Positions 17,672-25,816 of a stretch of 62,667 nucleotides of DNA are shown piece by piece; within the stretch, counting starts at the first letter, position 1; each line of letters starts with the position of its first letter. The translations under genes were made by a program, and so were the position numbers. Where the stretch lies: NCBI GenBank assembly GCA_045637485.1, contig JAZTZK010000354.1, positions 1-62,667 on the forward strand, written 5' to 3'. The notes under the pieces are model-generated. The model ran no database searches. It was not told the DNA's origin and saw only the letters and a program-made list of their open reading frames with translations. The stretch is from Clostridia bacterium. Lineage in GTDB: Bacteria; Bacillota; Clostridia; Christensenellales; Aristaeellaceae.

Positions 17672-18526
17672 ATGAAAAAATGGACAACTCTGGTACTGGC
17701 TGCGCTGCTGGCGCTCTCCGCGCTGAGCATTCCCGCGATCGCGGAGGAGCAGGGCGTGCTTGGCCGCCTGACCAAGCTGAACGTGGATGAAGCTACGCTG
17801 ACCGACGCCATTGCCGAAAGCTATTTTGACAAGGTCCCCTTTTCAGGCTATCAGTTCTTTGATACGCTCAACAGCATGACCGCGGCGCTCTCCAGCGGGA
17901 TAATTGCCGGCCTGGCCGTTGACGCGCATACGGCGCAATACCTGCTCTCAAGGTCGGAGGACTTTGCGATTTATACGGCCCCGGAGGCGGTTCCCTCGTA
18001 TAATCTGGGCTTTTCCATGCTGCTGCGGGAGGAGGACGCGGAAATGTGCGCCGCCATCTCGGAGGCGATCGCGGAAATCGAGGCGGACGGCACGTTGGGC
18101 GCCTTGAAGCAGAGCTACATCGATGATGTCATCGCGGGCGTAGAACCCGATGCCGTGGTACCGGAGCGCTTTGACGGCGCGGAGACCTTCACGGTCGCGC
18201 TGACGGGCGACAGACCGCCGATGGACTATTTCTCCGCGGATGGAGCGCCGATTGGCTTCAACACGGCGCTCGTATCGGAGGTCGGCAGGCGGCTTGGCGT
18301 CAATATCGAATTCATCTCCGTGGACACCGGCGCGCGCGCCATCGCCCTGGCCTCGCAGCAGTGTGACGCGGTCTTCTGGATGGAGGCCGGAGATTTCGGC
18401 AACTGGGAAAACGCGGACGTGGAGGACCAGCCCGCGAATACCGTCGCCACCGTACCGTATCTCAAGGGTGCTTTCACCATCATCGTTTTGGCCGATTCAC
18501 CTTTGATTGACAACGAAGCGCAATAA
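17672..18526 (+). CDS. family-3 solute-binding protein, circularly permuted (paralog 1)
   Basis: Signal peptide MKKWTTLVLAALLALSALSIPAIA. SBP_bac_3-type sequence blocks are present, but the canonical C-terminal half precedes the canonical N-terminal half (FTVALTGDRPPMDYF..GFNTALVSEVGRRLGV). Confidence 0.8.
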   Translation: MKKWTTLVLAALLALSALSIPAIAEEQGVLGRLTKLNVDEATLTDAIAESYFDKVPFSGYQFFDTLNSMTAALSSGIIAGLAVDAHTAQYLLSRSEDFAIYTAPEAVPSYNLGFSMLLREEDAEMCAAISEAIAEIEADGTLGALKQSYIDDVIAGVEPDAVVPERFDGAETFTVALTGDRPPMDYFSADGAPIGFNTALVSEVGRRLGVNIEFISVDTGARAIALASQQCDAVFWMEAGDFGNWENADVEDQPANTVATVPYLKGAFTIIVLADSPLIDNEAQ

Positions 18527-18544
18527 GATGGGAGGCGAGGCGGC

Positions 18545-19642
18545 GTGAGCCTGATCGAAGTGAAGGGCCTGAAGAAATCCTTCGGCAGCCTGGAGGTCCT
18601 GAAGGGCGTCGATCTGACCGTGGAGCAGGGCGAGCGCATCGTCATCATCGGCGGCAGCGGCTGCGGCAAGAGCGTGTTCCTGCGCTGCCTGTGCCTGCTG
18701 GAGCAGCCCGACGCGGGACAGGTGCGGATCGACGGGCGGGACATCACCGCCGCCAGGGGCGTGCAGGTGGACGAGATTCGCCGCAGCATGGGCATGGTGT
18801 TCCAGAAGTTCCACCTGTTTTCCGAGATGGACGTGATGGACAACCTGTGCCTGGCCCCGACGCGCATTCTGAAAATGCCCCGGGCGGAGGCGGAGCAGAA
18901 GGCCATGGAGCTGCTCCAACAGGTGGGCCTTTCAAGCCGCGCCCACGCCTGGCCCACGGTGCTCTCCGGCGGACAGCAGCAGCGCATCGCCATCTGCCGC
19001 TGCCTGATGATGGGGCCGAAGGTGCTGCTGTTCGACGAGCCGACGAGCGCCGTTGTCCCCACCACGGTGGGCGAGGTGCTGGCGGTGATCCGTATGCTGG
19101 CCAAGCGGGACCTGAGTATGCTGATCGTGACCCACGAGATGAACTTCGCCCGCGAGGTGGCCAGCCGCGTGCTGTTCTTCGCCGACGGCGGCATCTACGA
19201 GCAGGGCACGCCCGATGAAATCTTCGATGCGCCGAAGCGGGAAAAGACGATCGCGTTTATCAACAAGATCAAGTACTTTACCTATGAGATCGCCCACCGC
19301 GATTTCGACCTGATGCAGCTCCAGGGCGGCATCCAGAACTTCGGCGAGAAATACGGCCTGAATCAGAAGCGCATTTTCAGATTGCGGGTCTGCTGCGAGG
19401 AGCTGATCTATGAACTGCTGGAGCACTGCTATCCCAGCGGGAACGATGTGGATTTGAAGCTGTCCGTGTCCCACGCGGAGTCGGACGGCGAGACGCACAT
19501 CGACCTCGATTGCGGCGGCGCGGCCTACAATCCCTTCGAGCAGGAAGAGTGCGGCCTGGGCGTGACCATACTGAAGAACATGGCCACGCGGCTGGACTAC
19601 CGCCGGGACGACGGCCTCAACCGCATATCGGTTCGCATCTGA
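18545..19642 (+). CDS. amino-acid ABC transporter ATP-binding protein with ~120-aa C-terminal extension
   Basis: Walker A GGSGCGKS, Q-loop MVFQKFHLF, signature LSGGQQQR, Walker B LLFDEPTS and H-loop VTHEM. The D-loop reads SAVV rather than SALD. About 120 extra residues follow the NBD. GTG start with a GGAGGCGAGG RBS. Confidence 0.85.
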   Translation: MSLIEVKGLKKSFGSLEVLKGVDLTVEQGERIVIIGGSGCGKSVFLRCLCLLEQPDAGQVRIDGRDITAARGVQVDEIRRSMGMVFQKFHLFSEMDVMDNLCLAPTRILKMPRAEAEQKAMELLQQVGLSSRAHAWPTVLSGGQQQRIAICRCLMMGPKVLLFDEPTSAVVPTTVGEVLAVIRMLAKRDLSMLIVTHEMNFAREVASRVLFFADGGIYEQGTPDEIFDAPKREKTIAFINKIKYFTYEIAHRDFDLMQLQGGIQNFGEKYGLNQKRIFRLRVCCEELIYELLEHCYPSGNDVDLKLSVSHAESDGETHIDLDCGGAAYNPFEQEECGLGVTILKNMATRLDYRRDDGLNRISVRI

Positions 19643-19648
19643 TTTTTC

Positions 19649-19882
19649 GTTACGGCTCAGCCTGCGGCTTCGCCTGTGTGGACGGGAGAGCAAGCTCCCC
19701 CCCCACGGCCACCCCCTCGCAGCCTCCTGCGCGCGCCCTTCGGGCACACTTGGAAGCTGTAAGGAAGGTATTTTTTGCTTGGGTCGTCAGGCCCCCGTCG
19801 CAAAAATACCTTCGGGGTCGGCGTACACGCCGCCGTCCCCGATCAACTGTCAGAAAGGACGAGATGTACGCTGAGTGGTAAC
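19649..19882. mobile_element. MITE-like element A (234 bp)
   Basis: Ends are GTTACGGCTCAG ... CTGAGTGGTAAC. Flanks are GATTTTTC (19641-19648) and GATTTTCC (19883-19890), a 7/8 match. The 5' half is near-identical to MITE B and the 3' half to the 3' half of MITE D. Confidence 0.75.
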
Positions 19883-19884
19883 GA

Positions 19885-20631
19885 TTTTCCCCCCTCCGAC
19901 GGGACGCGCTGAACGAGATTCTTCAGGATATTCTCTTCAATGTCATGCCGTTTTCGGGCTTCAAGTATTTTGATACGTTCAACAGCCTTATTCTCGCCTT
20001 TGGCAATGGGACGATCGAGGCTATAGAGGCGGATGAATACGTGACGGGTTTCCTGTCTTCCCGCATGGAAGACCTCGCGCTTTATATACCCGACGGCCTT
20101 CCCGAATACCAGTCGGGCTATTGCATGCTCCTGAGGGAAGAGGACGTCGAGCTACGCGATCGCATTTCCGAGGCGATTACGGATATGAAGGAAGACGGAA
20201 CGCTGGATGCCCTGAAGGCGCGCTATATCGACGATGTCATAGCCGGCAGCGAGCAGGAGGTGGTGACGCCGGAGCAATTTGAGGGCGCGGATACGATCCG
20301 GGTGGCCTTGACCGGCGACCGCCTGCCCATGGATTACTTCTCCGAATCAGGGGAAGCCAACGGCTTTAATACCGCGCTCGTGACGGAGGTCGCAAAGCGG
20401 CTGGGAATGAACGTCGAATTCATCTCCGTGGATACCGGCGCGCATGCCGTCGCCCTGGCTTCACATTCAACGGATGTCGTCTTCTGGTCTGAGGTGGGCG
20501 ATTACAACAACTGGGAGAAGGCCAACGCCGAGGATCAGCCGGAGAACACCATTGTGACGGCACCCTATCTCACAGGTACGCTCTTTTACATTGTCCCGCC
20601 GGATTCCCCGCTGGCAAACAAATCCCTTTAG
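19885..20631 (+). pseudogene. family-3 solute-binding protein paralog 2, lacking signal peptide/N-terminus
   Basis: The ORF opens immediately after MITE A. Similarity to paralogs 1 and 3 starts at ..LNEILQDILFNVMPFSGFKYFDTFNS. The first ATG (19945) leaves no signal peptide. Confidence 0.65.
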
Positions 20632-20707
20632 AGCTGCCCTTTAGGCAACCCGACGATGGAAGCGCCCTCCCGGCGCTCCCAAATATTTAACACTGGAGGT
20701 ACAAATC

Positions 20708-21592
20708 ATGAAAAGAATCGTTTCGCTGACCCTTGCTCTGCTGCTGGCGCTGTGCGCGCTTCCGTTCGCGTTTGCCGAGACACAGGACGACACCGAAGCT
20801 ATTCCGGAGGACTACGGCGCATTGGGTATACTGAGGAAGATGAATATTACCGCGGAGGAGTTGAATGAAATCCTTGCGGAGCCACTGGTCGAATTGAGCT
20901 ATTACGACAGGTTCGCGGATTACGACACGGTGACCAGCCTGATCATGGCGCTGAACGTCGGGGAGATTGCGCTCATCAGCGTCGATGGCAACACTGCGAA
21001 GTACATCGCTTCCAGAAACGAGCATTTTGTGGTGCGCATCCCCAATGACGGTGATTACATGCTGGGCTACTCCATGCTGCTCCGGGGGGAGGACAGGGAG
21101 CTGTGCGAAAGGATGTCCGGGATCATCCGGGAAATGAAGGGTGACGGATCGATGGAGGCCCTGAGAAAGACCTATATCGACGATGTGATCGCCGGAAACG
21201 ATCCTGTAGAGGGCATCGTGCCGCAGTCCTTTGAGGGCGCGGACACGATCCGCGTGGCTGTGACGGGAGATCGTCCGCCGATGGATTACATTGCCCCCGA
21301 CGGGACGCCGATGGGCTTTAATACGGCGCTGATCGCGGAGATCGCCAAGAGGCTTCAAATCAATGTCGAACTGGTCAGCTTCGACAGCGGCGCGCGCGCC
21401 ATCGCCCTGGCCTCCGGCGCCGCGGACGTCATCTTCTGGTCCCAGGGCGCGAATTTTGACAACTGGAGCGACGCGGACAGCGAGGATCAGCCCGAAGGAA
21501 CCGTCGTGACCGAGAGCTATCTTTCCTCCCCCTGCCGCTATGTTGTGCTGGATTCCTCGCCGCTGGCGGATATCCTGGAGCCGTGGGAGTAA
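20708..21592 (+). CDS. family-3 solute-binding protein, circularly permuted (paralog 3)
   Basis: Signal peptide MKRIVSLTLALLLALCALPFAFA. It has the same permuted block order as paralog 1 (..IRVAVTGDRPPMDYIAPDGTPMGFNTALIAEIAKRLQI.. in the C-terminal half). Confidence 0.8.
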   Translation: MKRIVSLTLALLLALCALPFAFAETQDDTEAIPEDYGALGILRKMNITAEELNEILAEPLVELSYYDRFADYDTVTSLIMALNVGEIALISVDGNTAKYIASRNEHFVVRIPNDGDYMLGYSMLLRGEDRELCERMSGIIREMKGDGSMEALRKTYIDDVIAGNDPVEGIVPQSFEGADTIRVAVTGDRPPMDYIAPDGTPMGFNTALIAEIAKRLQINVELVSFDSGARAIALASGAADVIFWSQGANFDNWSDADSEDQPEGTVVTESYLSSPCRYVVLDSSPLADILEPWE

Positions 21593-21656
21593 GATTTTCG
21601 GCGGCGCAATCATCGTGGAGAACGCTATAACGGGTTTGAAACCCGTACCATAGAAA

Positions 21657-21726
21657 CAGATCCCCCGCTTCATTCGGGATGACGGCGATTTGACGCCACG
21701 TCATCCCGAACGGAGCGGGGGATCTG
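21657..21726. repeat. long near-perfect palindrome (28-nt arms, 14-nt loop)
   Basis: CAGATCCCCCGCTTCATTCGGGATGACG (21657-21684) pairs with CGTCATCCCGAACGGAGCGGGGGATCTG (21699-21726), with 26 of 28 positions complementary. Confidence 0.5.
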
Positions 21727-21772
21727 TGTGATCATGTGCGGCCTGTCGTGAGCGCTCGGCGCACCCTCCGCC

Positions 21773-21991
21773 GTTACGGCTCAGCCTGCGGCTTCGCCTG
21801 TGTGGACGGGGGGCAGGCTCCCCACCACGGCCACTCCCCGCAGCTTCCCGCGCGCGCCCTTCGGGCACACCCGGAAGCTGATAAGAGGTGTTTTCTTTGG
21901 AAAACGCCCCGTCCCCGACGTACACGCCGCCGGGGACGATTGTAAATCGGGGGTTGCGACCCCCGATACCCCCGTGGGGCTGAGCTGTAAC
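21773..21991. mobile_element. MITE-like element B (219 bp)
   Basis: Ends are GTTACGGCTCAG ... CTGAGCTGTAAC. The first ~125 nt are near-identical to MITE A. It has no duplication of its own (left flank CCTCCGCC, right flank AGGTCAGG). Confidence 0.7.
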
Positions 21992-22263
21992 AGGTCAGGT
22001 TTTCATCCGTCTAAAGCCTGCGTCTATGGTGCGGGAATGCCTGGACCGACGTAAGCGTCAAATATAACCGCGTCCGCACTTCTCTTTGACAGCCGGGTTC
22101 CAAGGCGCTGCCTGCGCGAGGAATCAGCGACTCCAAATGTGCGACCAGAACAGGCGGCAGCGTTCCTTTTTCAGGCGCTGCCGTGTGTATTTTGGTCTAT
22201 GCGTAAGACTGATTATATGATATAATGAAGCTGACCAATCAGGATATACAGGAGAAAGCGTAA

Positions 22264-22872
22264 ATGGATTTGAACAGGATGATACCCAAAGTAGGTTCAG
22301 CGATCGTAACGGTTACAGTATTTCTGTTTGCGATATTTGAGATCATCAATTTCTCTATGGGCAGCTTCTTTGTCTGCCTGATTCTGCCGATTGGTTTTAT
22401 CCTGATGACGGCAGGTCTGCACTACGAGTGCGAAAGCAACCGCAAAGTCGCTGCGAATATTGGGATGGTTTTTGCGGCGGTGTACTGCATGCTGATCATG
22501 GTCGTCTACTTTGCTCAGCTGACCACGGTAAACAACGAGCAACTGACCGAACAGGCGGCAAAACTGCTCGATATAAGTAAGTTCGGACTGATCTTCAACT
22601 ATGACCTGCTGGGTTATGGCATAATGGCTCTCTCTACTTTCTTTACCGGACTTTCGATGAAAGCAAAGAACAGGACAGACAAGTGGCTCAAAGCACTGAT
22701 GATGATACATGGCGTGTTCTTCTTCAGTTGCAGCTTTATGCCGATGACGGGAATGTTCTCAAGGATGTCTTCTGACGGTGGTAGTATCGGCGGAAGGCTC
22801 GCTCTTGTGGCGTGGTGTGTATATTTTCTGCCCGTCGGAATTCTTGCTTTCCTGCATTTCCGAAAAAAATGA
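22264..22872 (+). CDS. integral membrane protein, function unknown
   Basis: 202 aa with about 6 hydrophobic segments, in a low-GC region. A TATAAT-type promoter lies upstream (~22222-22232). Confidence 0.6.
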   Translation: MDLNRMIPKVGSAIVTVTVFLFAIFEIINFSMGSFFVCLILPIGFILMTAGLHYECESNRKVAANIGMVFAAVYCMLIMVVYFAQLTTVNNEQLTEQAAKLLDISKFGLIFNYDLLGYGIMALSTFFTGLSMKAKNRTDKWLKALMMIHGVFFFSCSFMPMTGMFSRMSSDGGSIGGRLALVAWCVYFLPVGILAFLHFRKK

Positions 22873-23159
22873 AATATGATACCAACAATGCACACGGAGA
22901 GATTGAGTACGTCATCGGACCGAGGTTTCAGGGAATAGGGTACGCCACAGAGATGACAAGAGCATTCATCGCATATGGATTTGAGGAGATCAACTTTCAC
23001 AGAATTGAGATTGATTGCCGTACATCAAATGAAGCGTCGCGAGGGGTTATTGAGAAGTGCAGACTGACTTATGAGGGTGTATTTCGCGATTTCTTCTGGC
23101 GGAAGGATCACTTTGAGGGAAGAAGAGGGTGCTACTTTGCCGATGAAAAAGCTGTTTGA
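22869..23159 (+). pseudogene. GNAT (RimJ/RimL-type) N-acetyltransferase, C-terminal fragment
   Basis: ..GEIEYVIGPRFQGIGYATEMTRAFIAYGFEEINFHRIEIDCRTSNEASRGVIEKCRLTYEG covers GNAT motifs A and B only. The first ~80 aa are missing. Confidence 0.55.
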
Positions 23160-23688
23160 TGAGATCCCCTATCTGGAAGGAGACCGTCTTATTCTCAGAA
23201 GGATAACAGAAAAGGACTATGGTCCTCTTCAGGAAATGGCACGCAGTAATGTCGTTTACCGTTATGAGCCAACATATCTTCTTGAGCAGCAATATACAGA
23301 TATGGATCAGCTACTACATGCTTTCTATGGAGAGTACTATGAGAAGAAGCAGAATCTGTTTCTTGGTATATTTCTCAGAAATAATCCTGGAGAGCTTTGT
23401 GGATTGGCTGAATTCTACGATTATCGAGATCATATTCATATGGTCAGTATTGGGGCACGTCTGCGTGAAAAGTACTGGAAAAGTGGCATCGGGACTGAAG
23501 TTGCAAAGCTGATGGTTGATTATCTTTTCAAAGAGACCGATATCGAAATCATTACAGCCAGCACTATGGTTGACAATAAAGCTTCAGCCCATCTGCTTGA
23601 GAAAAACGGCTTCATGACGACGAACAGCATTTCCAAAGAAAACTGGGGGTACGCTGACTCTACGGATGTTTATCGTTGGTTCCTGTAA
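23143..23688 (+). CDS. GNAT-family N-acetyltransferase
   Basis: LILRRITEKDYGPLQEM.., ..YWKSGIGTEVAKLMVDYLF.. and ..NKASAHLLEKNGF. I chose the ATG at 23143. Confidence 0.75.
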   Translation: MKKLFDEIPYLEGDRLILRRITEKDYGPLQEMARSNVVYRYEPTYLLEQQYTDMDQLLHAFYGEYYEKKQNLFLGIFLRNNPGELCGLAEFYDYRDHIHMVSIGARLREKYWKSGIGTEVAKLMVDYLFKETDIEIITASTMVDNKASAHLLEKNGFMTTNSISKENWGYADSTDVYRWFL

Positions 23689-23734
23689 GCTTCAATATGC
23701 ATATATCCTTACTGTGAGAAAGGGATGAGCGCAC

Positions 23735-24673
23735 ATGGTTCTGGAAACGAAAAGACTGTTGCTCCGGGAAATGAAACCGGATGATTTTCAAGCGCTGTCT
23801 TTGGTGCTCAGTGATCCTGAAACCATGTTGCACTATCCTTATACCTTCGACGGGCGGCACGTCAAGGATTGGATCGAAAGGAACATGAACCGCTATCGGA
23901 AGGACGGCTTCGGCCTGTGGGCAGTCTGCCTGAAGGATATCGGAGAGATGATTGGCGACTGCGGGCTGACGCTGCAAAATATCAACGGAGAATTGCTCCC
24001 CGAAATCGGCTATCATATCCGCCGTGACTGTCAGCGGAAGGGCTATGCCAAAGAGGCGGCAAAGGCTGTCCGCGATTGGGCGTTTCGGAATACAGAGTAT
24101 CCGGCCTTGTACTCTTACTGCAAATACACCAATGTGCCTTCCTTCCGAACGGCAGAATCCATCGGAATGTGTTTTGCCTGCGAATACCCGGATGAAATAA
24201 AAGGAATATCACATGTTTCAGTGATATCAAGGGAGGATTGGCTGGGCGAACTGACAAACAATATGATTCACTGGGCCGAAAACCGGCAAGGCAACAGAGA
24301 ATACGCCGGCTGGTGCCTGTCCTTCATCGAGGACGCTCTGGAGAAGAGCAACGGAATCGAGATCTTCGGCGGGGATTCCGCGAAGGAGTCTGCTTTGCTC
24401 TATGCTGATGGAATGCGTCAGGGGAAACCGGAGCGAGGCGCGTTTGTCTTCTATGATTGCATCTGCCGGGGCCCGGACGGTCCGGTCAACTGGGGGCACT
24501 GCGGCATTTGCCTCGGCTATGACAAGGTCATCCATGCCTGGGATGTGGTGCGGATCGACGATTACCGGGAAATCGAAGCCATGACAGCGCTCTCCGGGGA
24601 CCGCCCGAGATACATCGGCTGGGTACCTGTCGAAAGGGTGCTGCGGCAGAAAGGAAACAACGATGCTATTTAA
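23735..24673 (+). CDS. GNAT acetyltransferase fused to a C-terminal NlpC/P60 (papain-fold)-like domain
   Basis: The N-terminal half is GNAT-like: LLLREMKPDDFQAL.., ..RKGYAKEAAKAVRDWAF... The C-terminal half has a candidate Cys nucleophile (AGWCLSFIEDAL), then PERGAFVFYD and WGHCGICLGYDKVIHAWD. Confidence 0.7.
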   Translation: MVLETKRLLLREMKPDDFQALSLVLSDPETMLHYPYTFDGRHVKDWIERNMNRYRKDGFGLWAVCLKDIGEMIGDCGLTLQNINGELLPEIGYHIRRDCQRKGYAKEAAKAVRDWAFRNTEYPALYSYCKYTNVPSFRTAESIGMCFACEYPDEIKGISHVSVISREDWLGELTNNMIHWAENRQGNREYAGWCLSFIEDALEKSNGIEIFGGDSAKESALLYADGMRQGKPERGAFVFYDCICRGPDGPVNWGHCGICLGYDKVIHAWDVVRIDDYREIEAMTALSGDRPRYIGWVPVERVLRQKGNNDAI

Positions 24674-24900
24674 GGGGATCGGCAGGACTGATTGTGAGAT
24701 CATGTATTGCCGATAGACCGCCGAAATCAGGTGAGAAAGAATTATGAGGGGGTGAGAACAGCAAGGGGAAATTAACAGTATTGGCCGGAAGTCCTCGCAG
24801 GATTGGAATACTGCGCTGCTCGCGGAGAGCTTTGCCATAGGGTTAAGCAAAAGCAACCTGTCGATAAACCGTACTGGACAGGTGAGGAGGCCTGAAAGAA

Positions 24901-25326
24901 ATGTTCAACGCGAATATGATCGCCCCGTGCGGGCTGGACTGCAGCATCTGCAAGCGAGCGCTGGCCGAGACCAGCCCCTGTGCCGGATGCCGGGGCCCAA
25001 ATGACAACAAGCCCGAATTCTGTTCGGCTGGATGCGGCATCATCCTGTGTGAAAAGAGAAAGGCAAACGGGTATGCGTTCTGTGATGAGTGCCCGGATTT
25101 TCCCTGTGCTGACGTCATGGAAAAGGAAACCCGGTACGGATCGAAGTACCCACTCCGCGAATCCCCGCTGGAGAATCTGCGAGCTATCAGGGAAGCCGGG
25201 ATGGCTGCTTTTCTGGAGCGCGAGCGGAAGCAGTGGGCCTGTCCCGCCTGCGGAGGCATCATCTGTGTCCATACGGGCGTGTGCAGCGGCTGCGGCCGGC
25301 AGTATAACGGTTCAGTGAACCGCTGA
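24901..25326 (+). CDS. DUF3795-like cysteine-rich protein
   Basis: APCGLDCSICK..CAGCRG..FC..CGIILC..FCDECPDFPC and a C-terminal CPACGG..CSGCG. GAGGAGG RBS. Confidence 0.6.
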   Translation: MFNANMIAPCGLDCSICKRALAETSPCAGCRGPNDNKPEFCSAGCGIILCEKRKANGYAFCDECPDFPCADVMEKETRYGSKYPLRESPLENLRAIREAGMAAFLERERKQWACPACGGIICVHTGVCSGCGRQYNGSVNR

Positions 25327-25342
25327 CGCGAAGAGGGAAAGG

Positions 25343-25792
25343 ATGCAGACAATATCATTTGCGGAAGGAAACGAGCAGCATCTGAAAGATTGCATGGACG
25401 CGCTATGCCGCTCGGTACTTGGCGAAAAATGCTCTTCTTCCCCAGGGAGCACGGAAAACGCAAACCTTGAAGGGATTCTCCGGGGGAATTTGTATGTTGC
25501 GCTCATCGCCGAGTACAAAGCCGCTGGTCGGCGCAAGGAGATCGAAGGCGCACTGAAGGCGCTGCACCGGGACAGCCGCGAGGCGGCCATCCCGGAAGAC
25601 CTCTGTTTCGTGTATGGAGTGTATCCGGAAGACTACCTCCACGACGTGGAGATTTGCCAGCGGTTTGCCCCCAGAAGCCGGGAGCGGATGGCGGAAATCA
25701 TTCTCGGACGGTATCTGTTCAGTCATGGCGGCGTAGACACCGCCGCTACGAGGAGATATGCCTGTAGCGGCGACACGAAGTTAGTCCTTTAG
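25343..25792 (+). CDS. hypothetical protein (possibly degraded GNAT-like); C-terminus encoded by repeat element G
   Basis: The start MQTISFAEGNEQHLKDCMDALCRSVLGEK resembles some GNATs, but later motifs are not recognisable. The last ~27 codons and the TAG stop lie inside repeat 25711-25816. Confidence 0.3.
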   Translation: MQTISFAEGNEQHLKDCMDALCRSVLGEKCSSSPGSTENANLEGILRGNLYVALIAEYKAAGRRKEIEGALKALHRDSREAAIPEDLCFVYGVYPEDYLHDVEICQRFAPRSRERMAEIILGRYLFSHGGVDTAATRRYACSGDTKLVL

Positions 25793-25816
25793 GGCGACAC
25801 GTAGTTAGTCCTTTAC
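25711..25816. repeat. left-end half-copy (G) of the second repeat family: TIR + hairpin module + 2 x 24-bp units
   Basis: GTATCTGTTCAGTC is at 25711-25724. The units GGCGACACGAAGTTAGTCCTTTAG (25769-25792) and GGCGACACGTAGTTAGTCCTTTAC (25793-25816) follow. Confidence 0.7.

Larger units (their letters stand above)
14866..21991. mobile_element. candidate composite transposon (IS66-type left end ... MITE B right end) carrying an amino-acid ABC importer operon
   Basis: The outer ends are inverted copies of the same terminus: GTTACTACTCAGCCCAC and the reverse complement of 21974-21991, GTTACAGCTCAGCCCCAC. The 8 nt immediately outside each end are identical (AGGTCAGG at 14858-14865 and 21992-21999). 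Confidence 0.6.

Noticed and set aside
18226-21673. Minus-strand ORFs 18226..19194 (322 aa), 18932..19747 (271 aa) and 20687..21673 (328 aa) across the ABC operon.
   Set aside because: They are antisense to genes with clear ABC and SBP motifs. Two of them also read straight through MITE sequences.
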